Shown here piece by piece: positions 62,336-64,000 of a stretch of 64,000 nt of DNA. The DNA is from Mobula hypostoma (taxonomy: Eukaryota). The DNA is taken from NCBI RefSeq assembly GCF_963921235.1, contig NC_086097.1, forward strand, positions 113,896,001 to 113,960,000, read 5' to 3'. The translations under genes and the position numbers were made by a program. The notes beneath the pieces were generated by a model. It had not been told where the DNA came from, made no database searches, and saw only the letters and a program-made list of their open reading frames with translations. Each line of letters opens with the position of its first letter. Position 1 is the first letter of the stretch.

Positions 62336-62757
62336 TTCAGCTTGGTCTCCCTACCAAGCTTTTGTCTTGTCCACGTTGAGACTCAGATTGTTGTTATCAC
62401 ACTATTTGACAAGACCCTCTACCTCCTCTCTGTATGCCAACCCATCATTGTGGCTGATGAGGCCAGTCACTGCCGTACCATCAGTGGACTTGATGATGAG
62501 GTTTGAAGTGAATCTGGCAGTGGTCGTGGGTCAGCTCTGTGAACAGCAGCAGACTCAACCGCTAATCCTGGGGGGCACCAGTGCTCAGCGTGACCGAGCC
62601 TGAGGTGTTGCTGCCAGCTCGGAATAACTGCGGTCCTTCCATCAAGAAGACAAAGATCCAGTTACAGAGAGCGTAGCTGAGTCCCAGCAAGGACCAGTGT
62701 ACTCACCAGCTGCTGATGGATGATCATTTTAAATGCTGAGCTGAAGTTGATGAATAA
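62336..62757 (-). mobile_element. Rex1/Babar RT fragment
   Basis: Minus strand [32 protein letters not shown]. Confidence 0.7.
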
Positions 62758-64000
62758 TATAAGAGCATAAAGTATCGGAGCAGAATTAGGCCATCTGGCC
62801 CATCGAGTCTGCTCCACCACTCAATCATGGTTGATAGTTTTTTTTCTCCCCCTCAACCGAGGTTTCCAACCTTCTCCCCGTTACCTTTGATGCCATGTCC
62901 AGACAAGAACTTATCAATCTCTGCTTTAAATACACACAATGACCTGCCTCCACAACTGCATGTGGCAATGAATTCCACAAATTCACAACCCTTTGGTAAA
63001 GAGATGTCTCCATATCTCTGTTTTGAAAGGGTGCCCCTCTATCCTGAGGCTGTGCCTAGACTCCCTACCATGGGAAACATCCTTTCCACATCTACTTTGT
63101 CTAGGCCTTTCAACATTCGAAAGGTTTCAACGAGATCCTCCCTCATCCTTCTGAATTCCAGTGAGTACAGACCCAGAGCCTTCAAACGTTCCTCATATGA
63201 TAACCTTTTCTCTCCTGGAATCAGCCTTGTGAACCTCCTCTGGACCCTCTCCAATGCCAGCACATCTTTTCTAAGATGAGGGGCCCAAAACTGTTCACAA
63301 TACTCAAGGTGAGGCCTCACCAGTGCCTTATAAAGCCTCAGCATCACATCCTTGTTCCTGTATTCTCGACCTCTTGAAATGCTAAGTATTGCATTTACCT
63401 TCCTCACCACCAACTCAACCTGCAAGTTAACTTTTAGGGTGTTCTGCATATGGACTCTCAAGTCCCTCTGCATCTCAGATTTTTGGATTTTTTCTATTTA
63501 GAAAATAGTCCGCACATTTACTTCTACTGCCAAAGTGCATGACTATGCATTTACCAACACTGTATTTCATTTGCCATTTTCTTGCCCATTCTCCAAATCT
63601 GTCTCAGTCCTTCTGCATCCTAACTATTTCCTCAACACTACCTACCCCTCCACCAATCTTCGTATCATCTGCAAACTTGGCAGCAAAGTCATCTATTCCA
63701 TCAACTAAATTGTTTGTATACAGCATAAAAAGAAGTGGTCCCAACACCCTCCGTGCAGAACACCACTAGTCACTGGCAGCCAACCTGTAAAGGATCCTTT
63801 TATTCCCGTTCACTACCTCCTACCAATCATCTAATATTCTAACCATGTCAGTAACTTTCCTGTAATACCATGGGCTCTTAACTTGGTAAGCAGACTCATA
63901 TGCGGCACCTGTTCAAGGGCCTTCTGAAAGTCCAAATATACAACATCCAATGCATCCCCTTTATCTATCCTACTTGTAATTTCCTCAAAGAATTCCAACA
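62758..64000 (-). mobile_element. CR1 LINE 3' part, running off the window
   Basis: LYKALVRPHLEYCEQFWAPHLRKDVLALERVQRRFTRLIPG, AAKFADDTKIGG, LDFQKA. Confidence 0.9.

Overview
This is a eukaryotic (vertebrate) window made almost entirely of nested transposable elements. The repeat complement (CR1 LINEs with esterase ORF1, Rex1/Babar, V-SINEs, Penelope-like elements) suggests a cartilaginous fish; that is inference. I can support no host protein-coding gene, rRNA, tRNA gene or CRISPR array. Main contents: (i) three young copies of one CR1 family (20.5, 22.7-26.4 and 47.1-50.2 kb); (ii) a four-level nest at 43.1-60.4 kb, where a nearly full-length HERO-like RLE retrotransposon is split by three CR1s and a Rex1 element; (iii) a decayed sushi-type chromoviral Gypsy element with a 26-bp minisatellite grown out of its integrase; (iv) many Penelope-like fragments whose termini carry a minimal type-I hammerhead ribozyme motif; (v) Tc1, pogo/Tigger, Dong/R4, RTE and SINE relics. 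The most unusual and most speculative signal is in the 3' UTR of the HERO-like element: hammerhead core motifs in a permuted, pseudoknot-requiring order. Boundaries of old fragments are approximate, and family assignments come from motif recognition, not database searches.
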